Notes: generated by a model not told the origin, from the sequence alone. 64,000 bases of DNA from Candidatus Sericytochromatia bacterium (GCA_036676985.1 JAKFBU010000027.1:224001-288000); one strand, 5' to 3'; positions 1 to 10,376 are shown, counted from the first letter of the stretch. A program made the numbers and translations.

Positions 1-2195
1 GCGCGTTCGACCAGGGTGCCGAGCGCATGCTCACGATCCTGGCCACGCATGCGGCGATCGCCATCAAGAACGCCCAGCTCTACCAGACCACCCAGCAGCT
101 CGCCATAACCGACGGTCTGACGGGCGTCTACAACCGCCGCTACTTCCAGCGCATGATCGAAGCGGAGTTCCGCCGCGCGCCGCGCTTCGGCTACCCGGTG
201 GGCCTCATCCTCATCGACGTCGACTACTTCAAGCAGTTCAACGACTCGCATGGGCACCTGCTCGGCGACCAGGTCCTGCGCTCCATCGCCCAGATCCTCA
301 AGGACTCGGTCCGCGAGACGGACGTGGTGGCGCGCTACGGCGGCGAGGAGTTCGCCGTCATCCTGCCCGAGACCAACTCCCAGTACTCGCTGGAGGTGGC
401 CGAGCGCATCCGGAAGAACGTGGCCCGCCACACCTTCTGGGGCCGGGGCCAGACGCCCGTGACCGTGACGGTCTCCATCGGCGTGGCCTCGCGCATGGCC
501 GCCGACATCAAGAGCGACGAGCTGATCGACCTCGCCGACGCGGCGCTCTACGAGGCCAAGGGGACGGGCCGCGATCGCATCTGTACCGCCGGCGAGCACG
601 GCACGGGCTTCATCCTCGCCGAGCCCCGCGCGGATGCCGACGCTCCCAAGCGCCGCGCTCCCGCCCGCAAGCTGACGCTCAACGCCGAGGCCTGGCGCAC
701 CCACCTGGAGGAGAGCATCGCTCCCCTCATGACCCAGCTCGAGGAGCGTCTCGCCGACCAGGAGTTGTCCCTCGACGAGACCGAGCAGGGCCGCTGGCAC
801 GCCACCCTGTCCGCCATCGTCGCGGCCCTCGCGCACCAGCTGGAAACGCCGTCGGAGTCGGGCCGCGTGACGAGCGATCAGCTCGTCACCCACCCCCTCT
901 ACCCGGAGGTCAAGGCGGGGATCACCCACCTGATCCAGCGCGGCATCACGCTCACGCAGAGCGAGAGCCTGGCGCTCGCCATCTGCACGGGCCTCGGCCA
1001 GCACGTCCAGCATGCGCCCTTCTCCCCTCAAGAGCGCCTCCAGGTCCTCTCGGAGGTCGAGCGCTTCACGCACACGCTCCAGCTCGCCATCTCGCAGGTC
1101 TGGCACGACTTCTACCAGCAGACCAACAACCACCTGATGGTCCTGCACGACCTGGAACAGCGCATCACCAACGTCTTCGAGCTCGACGAGCTCCTGGGCG
1201 AGGCGGTGCGGCTGACCTTCGACGCCCTCTCGGCGGACGCGTGCCTGCTGTTCATGCCCGATGCCTCCGGCGACTACCTGCGGGTGCGCGCCTTCGCCGG
1301 CCTCCACCAGAACGAGGCCTACCAGTGGATCATCCCCATGGGGCAAGGGGTGGCGGGCGAGGTCTACGAGACCCTGCGTCCGACGGTCCTGGACGACTTC
1401 GAGGGCGACGACGGCCGCCTCTACCGGCCCGTCTTCGAGAAGTTCCGGGAGTGGACGGGCGTGCGATCGGGCGCGTTCTTCCCGCTCGCCCACCAGGGCG
1501 AGCCGGTGGGCGTTCTCGTCACCTACAGCCGTAACCTGGCGCACTTCGACCCGGCGGGCGTGCGGCTGGGACGGGGTATCGCGGGCCAGCTCGCCGCGGC
1601 CATCTCGCGCATGCAGGCCCAGGACAACCGCCAGGAGACCTTCTTGCAGGCCATCACGGCCCTCGTCGAGTCGATCGAGGCCAAGGACGACTTTGCCCGC
1701 GGCCACAGCGAGACCCTGGTGCGTTATGCCACGGGGATCGGCCGGGCGCTGGAGCTGTCCGAGCAGGACCTCGAGCTCCTGGGTCAAGCGGCCACGCTGC
1801 ACGACCTGGGCAAGATCGGCATTCCCGATCAGCTCCTGCTCAAGCCGGACCGCCTCACGCCCGAGGAGCGCCACACGGTCCAGGCGCACCCCGAGATCGG
1901 CGCCCAGCTCATCTCGACGCTGTCGTCCTTCAAGGACGTGGCCCCGATCGTGCGTCACCACCACGAGCACTGGAACGGCAGCGGCTATCCGGACGGCCTC
2001 AGGGGCGAGGACATTCCCTTGCTGGCGCGGATCCTGGCGATCGCCGAGGCCTTCGACGGCATGACCACGCCCAAGCCGTACCGTGGCGCCATCCCGGTGG
2101 GCGAGGCGCTCTCCGAGATGCGGCACAGCGGCAACTTCGACCCGCGCCTGCTGGACCTGTTCGAGCGTTTGCTTCCGGAGCTGCAACGGGCTTGA
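1..2195 (+). CDS. GAF-GGDEF-(helical)-GAF-HD-GYP diguanylate cyclase/phosphodiesterase, probably 5'-truncated by the window edge
   Basis: AITDGLTGVYNRR, RETD I-site, YGGEEF; second GAF; HDLGK and HHEHWNGSGYPDGL HD-GYP motifs; frame open from the window start. Confidence 0.92.
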   Translation, partial: AFDQGAERMLTILATHAAIAIKNAQLYQTTQQLAITDGLTGVYNRRYFQRMIEAEFRRAPRFGYPVGLILIDVDYFKQFNDSHGHLLGDQVLRSIAQILKDSVRETDVVARYGGEEFAVILPETNSQYSLEVAERIRKNVARHTFWGRGQTPVTVTVSIGVASRMAADIKSDELIDLADAALYEAKGTGRDRICTAGEHGTGFILAEPRADADAPKRRAPARKLTLNAEAWRTHLEESIAPLMTQLEERLADQELSLDETEQGRWHATLSAIVAALAHQLETPSESGRVTSDQLVTHPLYPEVKAGITHLIQRGITLTQSESLALAICTGLGQHVQHAPFSPQERLQVLSEVERFTHTLQLAISQVWHDFYQQTNNHLMVLHDLEQRITNVFELDELLGEAVRLTFDALSADACLLFMPDASGDYLRVRAFAGLHQNEAYQWIIPMGQGVAGEVYETLRPTVLDDFEGDDGRLYRPVFEKFREWTGVRSGAFFPLAHQGEPVGVLVTYSRNLAHFDPAGVRLGRGIAGQLAAAISRMQAQDNRQETFLQAITALVESIEAKDDFARGHSETLVRYATGIGRALELSEQDLELLGQAATLHDLGKIGIPDQLLLKPDRLTPEERHTVQAHPEIGAQLISTLSSFKDVAPIVRHHHEHWNGSGYPDGLRGEDIPLLARILAIAEAFDGMTTPKPYRGAIPVGEALSEMRHSGNFDPRLLDLFERLLPELQRA

Positions 2196-2295
2196 CGCAC
2201 CAGCCGGCTGGCCACTCGTGGGCGAAGCGACACCCCGTCTTGGTTGAATCCACGCAGTTGGTGTATGATTTCTCCCGGTCAAAGGGGGAATCGAC

Positions 2296-2844
2296 GTGCG
2301 TCTCCTGCTTCTATCCAGCCTGCTGATGGCGGCGCTCCTGGCGCCGACGCCCGCCCATGCGGCCTACGGCGGCGACCGGGCGTCGTTCGAGCGGTTCCTG
2401 TACCGGATTCCGAAGTCGAAGTGGAAGATCGTGCCCGACTCCGCGGACGCGGGCGTGCTGTACGCCGGCCGCGTCGGCTCGTTCGCGACCATCGTCCGCG
2501 TCTACTACGAGAACGGGCGGATCGTGCGCCAGAAGGTCGAGGTGGCCCTGCCCACCGAGTCCAACGACGAGTTCGCGCTCGCCATCCTGACGCGCTTCAC
2601 CAGCGAGTTCGTCCGCCATCCGAACGAGCTCAAGCCCGTCATGAACACCATGCGCGCCATGCGGCGCTCGCTCATGGGCTCGGGACGGCGCGTCACGACG
2701 CTGCCGTATCGCGACGCGAACGTGACCCTGAGCCTGGACTCGTCCACCAACGAGTTCAACTCCAAGACCATCGAAGTGCCCTGGGGCATGCTGTACTGGA
2801 AGGCCGAGACGGCACCCAGCCGACCGGCCAAGAAGAAGAGGTGA
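2296..2844 (+). CDS. secreted hypothetical protein
   Basis: GTG start after a GGGGG RBS, signal peptide ending PAHA, GC3-rich codons. Confidence 0.75.
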   Translation: MRLLLLSSLLMAALLAPTPAHAAYGGDRASFERFLYRIPKSKWKIVPDSADAGVLYAGRVGSFATIVRVYYENGRIVRQKVEVALPTESNDEFALAILTRFTSEFVRHPNELKPVMNTMRAMRRSLMGSGRRVTTLPYRDANVTLSLDSSTNEFNSKTIEVPWGMLYWKAETAPSRPAKKKR

Positions 2845-2848
2845 AGGG

Positions 2849-3121
2849 ATGCCGAAGGTCACACGAACCTACGAGACCGACCTGGACGATCTGGGCTACC
2901 AGATCTCGCGTTCGTACCAGTTCACCGAGATCCGCGAGGAGTTCACCAGCGGAGAGGTCTCGGATGACGAGGCCCAGGAGCAGATCTCGGACCTCATCGA
3001 CGTCGGGCGGTGCGTCGTGGACGGCGATCGCGGCAGCGAGCAGCTGCAGTGGGCCCTCTCGGAGGCGGAGATGGCTCGACTGATCTCTCAGCTCTACCGC
3101 CAGTACCTGGGCGCCGACTAG
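2849..3121 (+). CDS. small acidic hypothetical protein
   Basis: follows the previous gene closely, typical codon usage. Confidence 0.65.
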   Translation: MPKVTRTYETDLDDLGYQISRSYQFTEIREEFTSGEVSDDEAQEQISDLIDVGRCVVDGDRGSEQLQWALSEAEMARLISQLYRQYLGAD

Positions 3122-3411
3122 GGTCGGGGCATCAGGCTCCCGACCGTCAGGCCCCGCCTCGAAACCGGCGCGGGATCCGGCGCCTTCTGATCACTCGCCG
3201 CCGGTCCAGGCGCCGAATGGCTCTGCGCCGCGGGCGCCTCGCCCTGCAAGAGCGCCTTGATGCGCGCCCACTGAGACACCTCGGCCTCCACCAACCGCTT
3301 GAGCTCGCTGCGCTGCGGCTCGGACAGGCTGTCGGCATGAGCGCCCAGGCCGGTCAGGAACTTGTCCAGATAACCGAGATCACGGGCAAAGGGCAGGTCT
3401 TGTTCGGCCAT
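3118..3411 (-). CDS. hypothetical protein
   Basis: AAGGAGGG RBS before the ATG (MAEQDLPF...). Confidence 0.65.
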   Translation of the reverse strand: MAEQDLPFARDLGYLDKFLTGLGAHADSLSEPQRSELKRLVEAEVSQWARIKALLQGEAPAAQSHSAPGPAASDQKAPDPAPVSRRGLTVGSLMPRP

Positions 3412-3551
3412 CGGTCCCTCCTTCTTGCGCTCCACTTTACCATGCGGGCGACCCCACGCTCCCCCTTTGGTCAGGCTGCACGATGCCCCCTGGTCACCAT
3501 GCCGCTACACTCCTCACGCTGCTCAGGGAATGGGTAGGAAGGGAGGGTCGA

Positions 3552-3854
3552 ATGGCCGCGAAGTGCACCGCCCTGGCGTTGGCCATGGCGATGGGGCTGC
3601 TGGTCGGCTGCCAGCGCCACGCCGAGACGGGTGGAGGCGGCGGCAGCCCCGAGGAGGGACAGCGCACGCAGGGCGTCGCGACGCCGAGCGTTGGCAGGAC
3701 AACGCCCCCTTACTCCGGGAAGCCGCGAACCACGCCCGCCCCCGGTCACCCGGCGCCGACCGTGCCGCCCAACCCGAAGGCCAAGATTCCGGGCGTCCAA
3801 GAGAAACGTCCCGCCACGCCGCTCGCGCCGACGGCGTCCGCGCGCGGGGAGTAG
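3552..3854 (+). CDS. Pro/Thr-rich small lipoprotein
   Basis: GGGAGG RBS, lipobox LVGC, low-complexity mature part. Confidence 0.65.
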   Translation: MAAKCTALALAMAMGLLVGCQRHAETGGGGGSPEEGQRTQGVATPSVGRTTPPYSGKPRTTPAPGHPAPTVPPNPKAKIPGVQEKRPATPLAPTASARGE

Positions 3855-3933
3855 CCATCTCCCGGCCGGCGCTTGGGAACGCCCGGATCCGCGCCGTATA
3901 CTGCCCACAGGTTCAGCGCAACGAGGAGGTGCC

Positions 3934-4194
3934 ATGAATCGGCAATCAGAGCGTGACCAGTACGGGATTGAACGGAAGGACGCGGAAGTTCGCCTCACGA
4001 CCTTCCTGCACGACACCCTTCGCGAGCCGCAAGCGAAGGTCGCGGACCTGCACCTCGAGGACGGCCGCTGGCAAGGGCGCGTGCAGGGCAGCCAGCGCGG
4101 GATCTCGGTGGTGTTCCTGGTCGAGCACAACGCGGAGGTCGTGCCCGGTCACATGACCGTCGACGCGGCGCCCGACACCCTCAAGAAGCGCTAG
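3934..4194 (+). CDS. hypothetical protein
   Basis: AGGAGGT RBS before ATG 3934. Confidence 0.65.
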   Translation: MNRQSERDQYGIERKDAEVRLTTFLHDTLREPQAKVADLHLEDGRWQGRVQGSQRGISVVFLVEHNAEVVPGHMTVDAAPDTLKKR

Positions 4195-4227
4195 CCCGCG
4201 CTCGGAAGAAGGCAAGGAGGACGGGAC

Positions 4228-4620
4228 ATGGCCAAGTCTAAGCTCGCGCCGACCGTCTCCTTGACCTTCCTCCAGGATCTCGTGCGTCACTACCTCGACC
4301 TCTCGGACCGGATCGACGCCCTCCGGGCCGAGCAGGACAAGCTGGACGCCCAGCTGCGGGTCGCGCTCGAAGTCAGCCCGGACAAGGCCGTCCAAACGGC
4401 CGCCGGCAGCGCCCGGCTCGTCGGGTCCGACCTCGTCACCTACGACCTGGAGACCCTCCAGGAGCACCTTTCCCCGGAGGTCTTCGACCTGGTGACGCAC
4501 CGGCAGGTCGATAAGGACCTGGTCGAGGCCGCGGGCGCCCTCAAGACCATCCCCCCCGAGGTGCTCGATCGCGCGCGGCGCATCACCAAGCGAAAACCCC
4601 AGCTCCGGGTGCGGCGGTAG
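4228..4620 (+). CDS. hypothetical protein, coiled-coil N-terminus and basic C-terminus (phage Gam/Gp157-like appearance)
   Basis: AAGGAGG RBS; heptad region then VDK...KPQLRVRR. Confidence 0.7.
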   Translation: MAKSKLAPTVSLTFLQDLVRHYLDLSDRIDALRAEQDKLDAQLRVALEVSPDKAVQTAAGSARLVGSDLVTYDLETLQEHLSPEVFDLVTHRQVDKDLVEAAGALKTIPPEVLDRARRITKRKPQLRVRR

Positions 4621-4707
4621 CTCGCGCCGCCTCCTGCTGCTGCAATCCCTCCGGCGACCAGGGCGTCGGAGGTATGATGGCATGTCCCCCCTTCAAGCGA
4701 GCCGCCC

Positions 4708-5829
4708 ATGCCAGACCTGAACACTTCCCTGCAAGCCCTCCTCGATGACATGACCACCTCCGGGGCCGAGATCGGCCTCCAGGTCGCCGCCTATTACCGC
4801 GGCGAGCTCGTGGCCGACGTCTGGTCCGGCCTCGCGGACCCGACCAGCGGACGGCCCGTCGACGGCCAGACCCTCTTCACGGCCTTTTCCGCGACCAAGG
4901 GCGTGACGGCGACGGTGATCCATCTGCTCGCGGACAAGGGCCTGCTCGACTACGACGCGCCGATCGCCCGCTACTGGCGCCAGTTCGGCGCCCGCGGCAA
5001 GGAGGCCATCACCGTGGCCCAGGTGCTCGCGCATACCGCGGGCGTGCCGCAGATGCCCCGGGGCGTCACGGTCGAGACGATGATCGACTGGGAGGCCATG
5101 GTCGCGGCCATCGCGGACCTCGAGCCGCTCTGGGAGCCCGGCACGCAGACGGGCTACCACGGCCTGACCTTCGGCTGGATCCTGGGCGAGGTGGCCCGGC
5201 GCGTCACCGGAGAGGCGTTTCCGCGGCTCGTGGACCAGCTGATCGCATCACCCCTGGGCCTCGAAGACCTGTATCTCGGCGTCCCGGAAGGAGAGCTCGA
5301 CCGGGTCGCCACCCTCGCGAGCGGGCCCATCTCCCGCAAGCCCATCTCGCCGGACGCCTTGCTGCTCAAGGCGATGCCCATCAGCGTCAGCCCGCAACCC
5401 AAGGTCTACAACCGCGCGGACGTCCGCCAGGCGGTGCTGCCCGGAGGCGGCGGCGTCATGACGGCGCGCGCCCTGGCCAAGCTGTATGCCGCGCTCGTGG
5501 GCGAGGTCGACGGACGGCGCCTCATGCGGGAAGAGCGCCTCGCCATGGCCACGACCTTGCAGACGGATCGGCACGACCTGGTCCTGGACGAGCACCAGCG
5601 CAAGGCGCTCGGCTACATGCTCGGGTCGGAGACCTCTCCGCTGGGGCCCCTTCCATATGTCTTCGGCCACCCGGGGGCCGGCGGTTCGCTGGGCTTCGGG
5701 GATCCCCGCCACGGCTTCGCCTTCGCGCTCACCAAGAATCGCTTGGTCTGGGACCGGCCGGTGCACGAGACGGCCGCCTTCCGCGTGGGACAGCACCTGC
5801 GGAAAGCGCTGGGTCTGCCGATCTCCTGA
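4708..5829 (+). CDS. serine hydrolase, beta-lactamase (EstA-like) family
   Basis: FSATK (SxxK), LAHTAG, GYHGLTFGW, FGHPGAGGS. Confidence 0.93.
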   Translation: MPDLNTSLQALLDDMTTSGAEIGLQVAAYYRGELVADVWSGLADPTSGRPVDGQTLFTAFSATKGVTATVIHLLADKGLLDYDAPIARYWRQFGARGKEAITVAQVLAHTAGVPQMPRGVTVETMIDWEAMVAAIADLEPLWEPGTQTGYHGLTFGWILGEVARRVTGEAFPRLVDQLIASPLGLEDLYLGVPEGELDRVATLASGPISRKPISPDALLLKAMPISVSPQPKVYNRADVRQAVLPGGGGVMTARALAKLYAALVGEVDGRRLMREERLAMATTLQTDRHDLVLDEHQRKALGYMLGSETSPLGPLPYVFGHPGAGGSLGFGDPRHGFAFALTKNRLVWDRPVHETAAFRVGQHLRKALGLPIS

Positions 5830-5895
5830 CGGAATGGGCGGATCCCCGTCGATCCGCCCAAACGCCGTTCAGCGAGTCGCTGAACGGCGCATTCG

Positions 5896-6147
5896 CTAGG
5901 GACTGGTGCCGGAACCGGTCGATCCGCCCGGATTGCCGGTCGTCCCTGACGAACCGCCATGATGGCCGGACGTTCCACCGCCGCCGCCGGTGGTGCCCAT
6001 GTCCCCGGCACCGCCACCCCCCGTCGTGGGAGACGGCGACATGGTCCTTGTCTCCGTGCCGCCACCGCCGCCCTCGTTGCCTTGGCACCCCGCCAGCACG
6101 AGCGATACGGCCAACAGTCCACCTGCCAACTGCTTGATCACGTGCAC
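5896..6147 (-). CDS. Gly/Thr-rich small lipoprotein (true start may be GTG 6141)
   Basis: AAGGAGGT RBS, lipobox LAGC. Confidence 0.7.
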   Translation of the reverse strand: MHVIKQLAGGLLAVSLVLAGCQGNEGGGGGTETRTMSPSPTTGGGGAGDMGTTGGGGGTSGHHGGSSGTTGNPGGSTGSGTSP

Positions 6148-6435
6148 CTCCTTTTCGAGCCGTGGGCCGTCTCAACCCTCGGCGCCGTCCCAGGATAGCC
6201 CGCGATCGCCGCGGTCCCAAGCCTCAATCACGCCTTGCCAAGGGCGGGCCCGGCGGCTCATGGCCTCGACGCCCCGTCCCTCCAAGGTGACGAACTTTTT
6301 CTCCTCGGCCACCGCCGGAGCGCCGCCCGCGTCGGAACCGGTGACCATGGCTGAAAAGTCTTGTCGGGGAACGCCAGGCCAAGCTAGCAAACAGACCTTA
6401 GCTTAGAGGGGACGTCCCTTCTGGAGGACCGATCC

Positions 6436-6939
6436 ATGGCCGACTCCGCCCCTTCCGATGGCCTCAACCTGGATTCCGACCTGGAGCTACAGGAGCGGGT
6501 CTGGCGCATGGAACGCGTCGGCTGGGTCGTCACCGCCGTCCTGCTAGGTGCGGCCATGCTGGGGGCCTTCGGCGGCACCGGCCTGCTGAGCCGTGGCCAC
6601 CAGACCGAAGGAGACGACCTCAGCGTCGATTTCCCACGGCTCGCCCGGCACTCCACCGAGACGTCCTTCTCGTTCGTCCTGCGCCCGACAGGACCGGAAG
6701 CGGAACTGTGGATCGACAACTCCTTCTTCCAGCACGCCGCGCTCGAACGGGTCGTGCCGGAGCCCGAGGCCATGGTCCGAGACACCGAGCGCACCTACTT
6801 CCGGTTCCCGGCGATCGCCCCCCATGCCCCCTTCCCGATCGACGTTTCGGCCATGCCCATGGGCTACGGTCCGCTCGTTTTCAACGCCGGGAGCACGAAC
6901 GGGCCGTCCACGCGGCTCGTGCTCTTCGTCTTCCCCTAG
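6436..6939 (+). CDS. membrane-anchored hypothetical protein, partner of DUF421
   Basis: GGAGG RBS, N-terminal TM segment, operon with the YetF-like gene. Confidence 0.8.
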   Translation: MADSAPSDGLNLDSDLELQERVWRMERVGWVVTAVLLGAAMLGAFGGTGLLSRGHQTEGDDLSVDFPRLARHSTETSFSFVLRPTGPEAELWIDNSFFQHAALERVVPEPEAMVRDTERTYFRFPAIAPHAPFPIDVSAMPMGYGPLVFNAGSTNGPSTRLVLFVFP

Positions 6940-6951
6940 GAGGCCCGAGCC

Positions 6952-7398
6952 ATGGAATCGGTGATCCGCGCCCTCTTGGTCTATGGCTTCGTGCTGTTGG
7001 TCCTGCGGCTCACGGGACGGCGATCGCTGGGGTCCATGACGGCCTTCGACTTCGTCATGTTGCTCATCATTAGCGAGACGACCCAGTCCGCCATGACGGA
7101 CATGGACAACTCCCTGACCAACTCCTTCCTGCTCATCCTCACCTTCGTCGCCACCAACATCTTCTTATCCCTGGTCAAGGAGCGCTTTCCGAGGCTCGAC
7201 AAGATCATCGACGGCGAGCCCGTCCTGCTCGTCGAGCACGGTCGCCCCATCGAGCACCGGCTCCGCAAGGCCCGGGTCGGCCTCGACGACGTCATGCGCT
7301 CCGCCCGCGAGACCCAGGGGCTCGAGCGGCTCGACCAGGTGAAGTACGCCGTGCTCGAGAGCTCCGGTCACATCTCGATCATCCCCCAGACGCCCTGA
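6952..7398 (+). CDS. DUF421/YetF-family membrane protein
   Basis: GRRSLGSMTAFDF, GEPVLLVEHG, AVLESSGHISIIP. Confidence 0.92.
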   Translation: MESVIRALLVYGFVLLVLRLTGRRSLGSMTAFDFVMLLIISETTQSAMTDMDNSLTNSFLLILTFVATNIFLSLVKERFPRLDKIIDGEPVLLVEHGRPIEHRLRKARVGLDDVMRSARETQGLERLDQVKYAVLESSGHISIIPQTP

Positions 7399-7426
7399 AG
7401 GCCCCTCCCGAACGGGAGGGACCTTC
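7397..7426. terminator. hairpin between convergent genes
   Basis: GAAGGCCCCTCCC-GAAC-GGGAGGGACCTTC. Confidence 0.6.
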
Positions 7427-7455
7427 ATACAGGCGGCCTTGCGGCAGAATTGAGG

Positions 7456-8019
7456 TTAGAGGGGTCGCCGCATGATCTCCTTGCGGAGGTCACGCATCAG
7501 GCCCTTGACCATGTCCAGGCCGATGGATTTACCCCAGACCGGTAGGTAGATCTTGGGCTTGGCATTCGCCTCGTACTCGACGCGCGTGCCGGCTGCCGTC
7601 TTCTCTACCTGCCAAGAGCCCTTGAAGTGGTCGAAGTCATGCTGGGCCACGTCGACGAAGTTGATCCGGTTGTACGGGTCCTCCTGCACCTGCAAGAGGA
7701 CGCGCATCTTCTTGGGGATCGCGAGGAAATAGGAGGTCGATTCCTGGCAAACCAGGATCGAGTCCGTTCCCTCCTTCTTGACGACGCTGGTGCGAACCGA
7801 GGGGATGAAGTCGCCCATCTGTCCGTAATCGGTCAAGACCCTCCAGACGTTGGGGGTTTCGGCCGGGACGGTGAAGCTTCCCCGAAGGGTGTAGACACCC
7901 CTCCCCTCTTCCACGACGTTGACCGTCACGTTGTCGTCCTGTGCGGCCGCGGGTGCGGCCGTCAGGATCGTCGCTACGAGAAGGCCGGACGCATAGGTAA
8001 GGGCTCGGTTCGTCAGCAT
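7456..8019 (-). CDS. secreted SRPBCC/START (polyketide cyclase-like) lipid-binding protein
   Basis: signal peptide; VWRVLTDY..FIP; DFDHFKGSW. Confidence 0.85.
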   Translation of the reverse strand: MLTNRALTYASGLLVATILTAAPAAAQDDNVTVNVVEEGRGVYTLRGSFTVPAETPNVWRVLTDYGQMGDFIPSVRTSVVKKEGTDSILVCQESTSYFLAIPKKMRVLLQVQEDPYNRINFVDVAQHDFDHFKGSWQVEKTAAGTRVEYEANAKPKIYLPVWGKSIGLDMVKGLMRDLRKEIMRRPL

Positions 8020-8045
8020 CGCTCTACCTGCTTCCTTGGGTTCTC

Positions 8046-9374
8046 CTAGAAGGAGTACTGCACGCTACCGCGCAGCTGATACACGAACTGGCGCTCGATC
8101 GAGCCACCCGAAGCGACGTAGGACGTCTGGTCGGGCTGGTTGATCAGGTTGTAAGAGCCGAGTCCGGTCTCATACACGACGGGCGCGTCGATGTAGAAGG
8201 GCATATCGACGGTCAGCTTGAGCTTGTCGCCCATCACGAAGTACGACAGCGACGGGGTGATTTCCTGGATAGGCTTGGCATCCCCGAACAGCGGGAAGGT
8301 CTTGCCCGCGTTCGGGCCGGTGGTCGCCGTGCTGGTGACGGCCATGTTCTTGTCCGGCATCACCACCGCATAGCGGAGACCCGCCTCGATGGGGTTGAGG
8401 TTCAGGGTCGCCTGGGCGCGGCCGCCGTAGAGGTTCAGGTAGCCGAAGCGGTTGCCGAACCCGGAAGCCAGGGCCTCGGCCTCACCCGACAGGGTGCCGC
8501 CGCCGAAGGGCATCCGCGCCACGTAGTCCACGCCACCCTGCCAGAGCTCGCCCTGGACGGCCTTGCCGCCGGCATCCTTCTTGCTGATGTAGGGGTTGTA
8601 GAGCGGGTTGATGAGCCAGTTCTTGTCGACGGTGTGCTTGTTGGTGAGCACGAGGCCGTGGCCGACCATGGTGTCGCGGGTGAACAGGGCGCTCACGCCG
8701 AGCGTCTGGCGGAACCGGTCCGTGTCGAGGTTGTCGTGCTGGCTGAGGGTCCAGGAATCCGTGTCGGCGTCACCGATGGTGGCGCGCACCGTGAGCTGCG
8801 GGATGCCCAGGATCTCGGGGATGTAGCGCTCGGGGACGTCGCGACCGCCGCCGACCATCACGCCGCCCATCACGTTGACGGGGCCCGCGTTGGCCTGGAG
8901 CATCGCGCCGACGTCGCGGCCCATCTTGAACGGGTTCTCGAGGATGGAGCGCGAGTTGAAGGCGAGCGAACCGCTCTCGGACATCAGCTCACGGCCGTAG
9001 GGGTTGCGGAACTGACCGATGCGGTAGTTCACGCCACCGAACAGCGGGCCCGAGGCGTACATATCGAGCAGCGTCAGGTTGACGTTGCCGGTGTAGACGT
9101 CCTCACCGCCGAGGGCGAGCTGCGAGAAGAAATTGGTGTCGCCCTGAGTGCCCTTGACCCAGAGACGCGACTGCTTCTGGAAGACCCAGACGCGGCCGGC
9201 GCTGCGGACCGACTGCTCGCGACCGAGCATCTCGGCCGTACCACCCAGAACGAAGCGACCGCCGACGGTCACCTTCGCGGCGTCCTCATCCTCTTGAGCG
9301 AGGACGGGGGCGCACATGCCCGCCAACACGGCGGTCGTCAACAGAGTTCCTACTGCAATCAACTTGTATTTCAT
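8046..9374 (-). CDS. outer-membrane porin (phosphate-selective porin O/P-like beta-barrel)
   Basis: signal peptide, GQFRNPYGRE and GRDVG motifs, C-terminal VQYSF. Confidence 0.8.
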   Translation of the reverse strand: MKYKLIAVGTLLTTAVLAGMCAPVLAQEDEDAAKVTVGGRFVLGGTAEMLGREQSVRSAGRVWVFQKQSRLWVKGTQGDTNFFSQLALGGEDVYTGNVNLTLLDMYASGPLFGGVNYRIGQFRNPYGRELMSESGSLAFNSRSILENPFKMGRDVGAMLQANAGPVNVMGGVMVGGGRDVPERYIPEILGIPQLTVRATIGDADTDSWTLSQHDNLDTDRFRQTLGVSALFTRDTMVGHGLVLTNKHTVDKNWLINPLYNPYISKKDAGGKAVQGELWQGGVDYVARMPFGGGTLSGEAEALASGFGNRFGYLNLYGGRAQATLNLNPIEAGLRYAVVMPDKNMAVTSTATTGPNAGKTFPLFGDAKPIQEITPSLSYFVMGDKLKLTVDMPFYIDAPVVYETGLGSYNLINQPDQTSYVASGGSIERQFVYQLRGSVQYSF

Positions 9375-9776
9375 TTGCTAATCCGCCACAAACTCTGGCG
9401 GCCTCCTGTGTCCCCATTATCATTTGCCCCCCATGATCCTCCGACCGTAGTTTTTTCGGAGATTTATGACCTCTTAAACAAGCGGATCGTTGGGCAGGCA
9501 TTGGATATACGGAATACATGGCCGGACGATCCGTACAAACTCCGGATGCCGGAAGTCCGCGTTAGTACAACAATCAGTATCAACAGGAAGGGCGGCGAGT
9601 GAAACCGCAAATCAAGAGGTTACGCCCCTTACCTTTATAAGTATCCGTAGTTTCTGCTCAGTAAGTAACGTATCGCGTAAGTCGACCACAAATGTTGAAC
9701 CAAGCGAACACCTTGCACTTGATTAACCGGGTGACCCACAACTTGAGAGCGCCGTAAGAACGGCAAGGAAGAGACC

Positions 9777-10376
9777 ATGAAAGCAACGAAACTGATGATG
9801 GTGGCCGCGAGCCTGCTGGTCGTCGGGAGCATCGCCTGGGCGCCCGCCACGCTCGCCGCCAAGGGCCCCTCGATCGACTTCAGCTCGGACAGCAAGGTCT
9901 GGATGGAAGGCGATTCGACCATGCACGCCTACAAGGCGACCTCGAGCAAGTTCAAGATCAACGCCGACCTCTCGGCGCCCAAGGTTCAGGATGCCAACCT
10001 CGCCGACCTCACGGTGGAGATCCCCGTCAAGTCCCTGAAGTCGGGTGAGGGCGCTCTGGACACCAACCTCTACAAGACGATGGAGGCGAGCAAGTACCCG
10101 ACCATCAAGTTCAACCTGAGCAACGCCAAGGTGAAGGTCTCGGGCTCGGGTGACGTGGACGTCAACGCCGAAGGCGTGCTGAACATCCACGGCCAGGAGA
10201 AGACGGTGGATCTGGTCGCCGAGGGCAAGGTCACCGGCAACACCATCCGCATCAAGGGCAAGAAGGCCCTCTTGATGAGCGACTTCGGCGTCAAGCCGCC
10301 CAACCTGATGTTCGGTGCCATCAAGTGCTCCGACAAGATCACCGTCGGCTTCGACCTGGTCGGCGAGATCAAGTAG
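9777..10376 (+). CDS. YceI-family periplasmic lipid/polyisoprenoid-binding protein
   Basis: signal peptide; GDSTMH, IPVKSLKSG..LD, KYPTIKF, GVLNIHG, MSDFGVKPP. Confidence 0.92.
   Translation: MKATKLMMVAASLLVVGSIAWAPATLAAKGPSIDFSSDSKVWMEGDSTMHAYKATSSKFKINADLSAPKVQDANLADLTVEIPVKSLKSGEGALDTNLYKTMEASKYPTIKFNLSNAKVKVSGSGDVDVNAEGVLNIHGQEKTVDLVAEGKVTGNTIRIKGKKALLMSDFGVKPPNLMFGAIKCSDKITVGFDLVGEIK

Noticed and set aside
9375-9776. Riboswitch or FNR/CRP site in the AT-rich spacer
   Set aside because: No convincing match to consensus motifs by eye.
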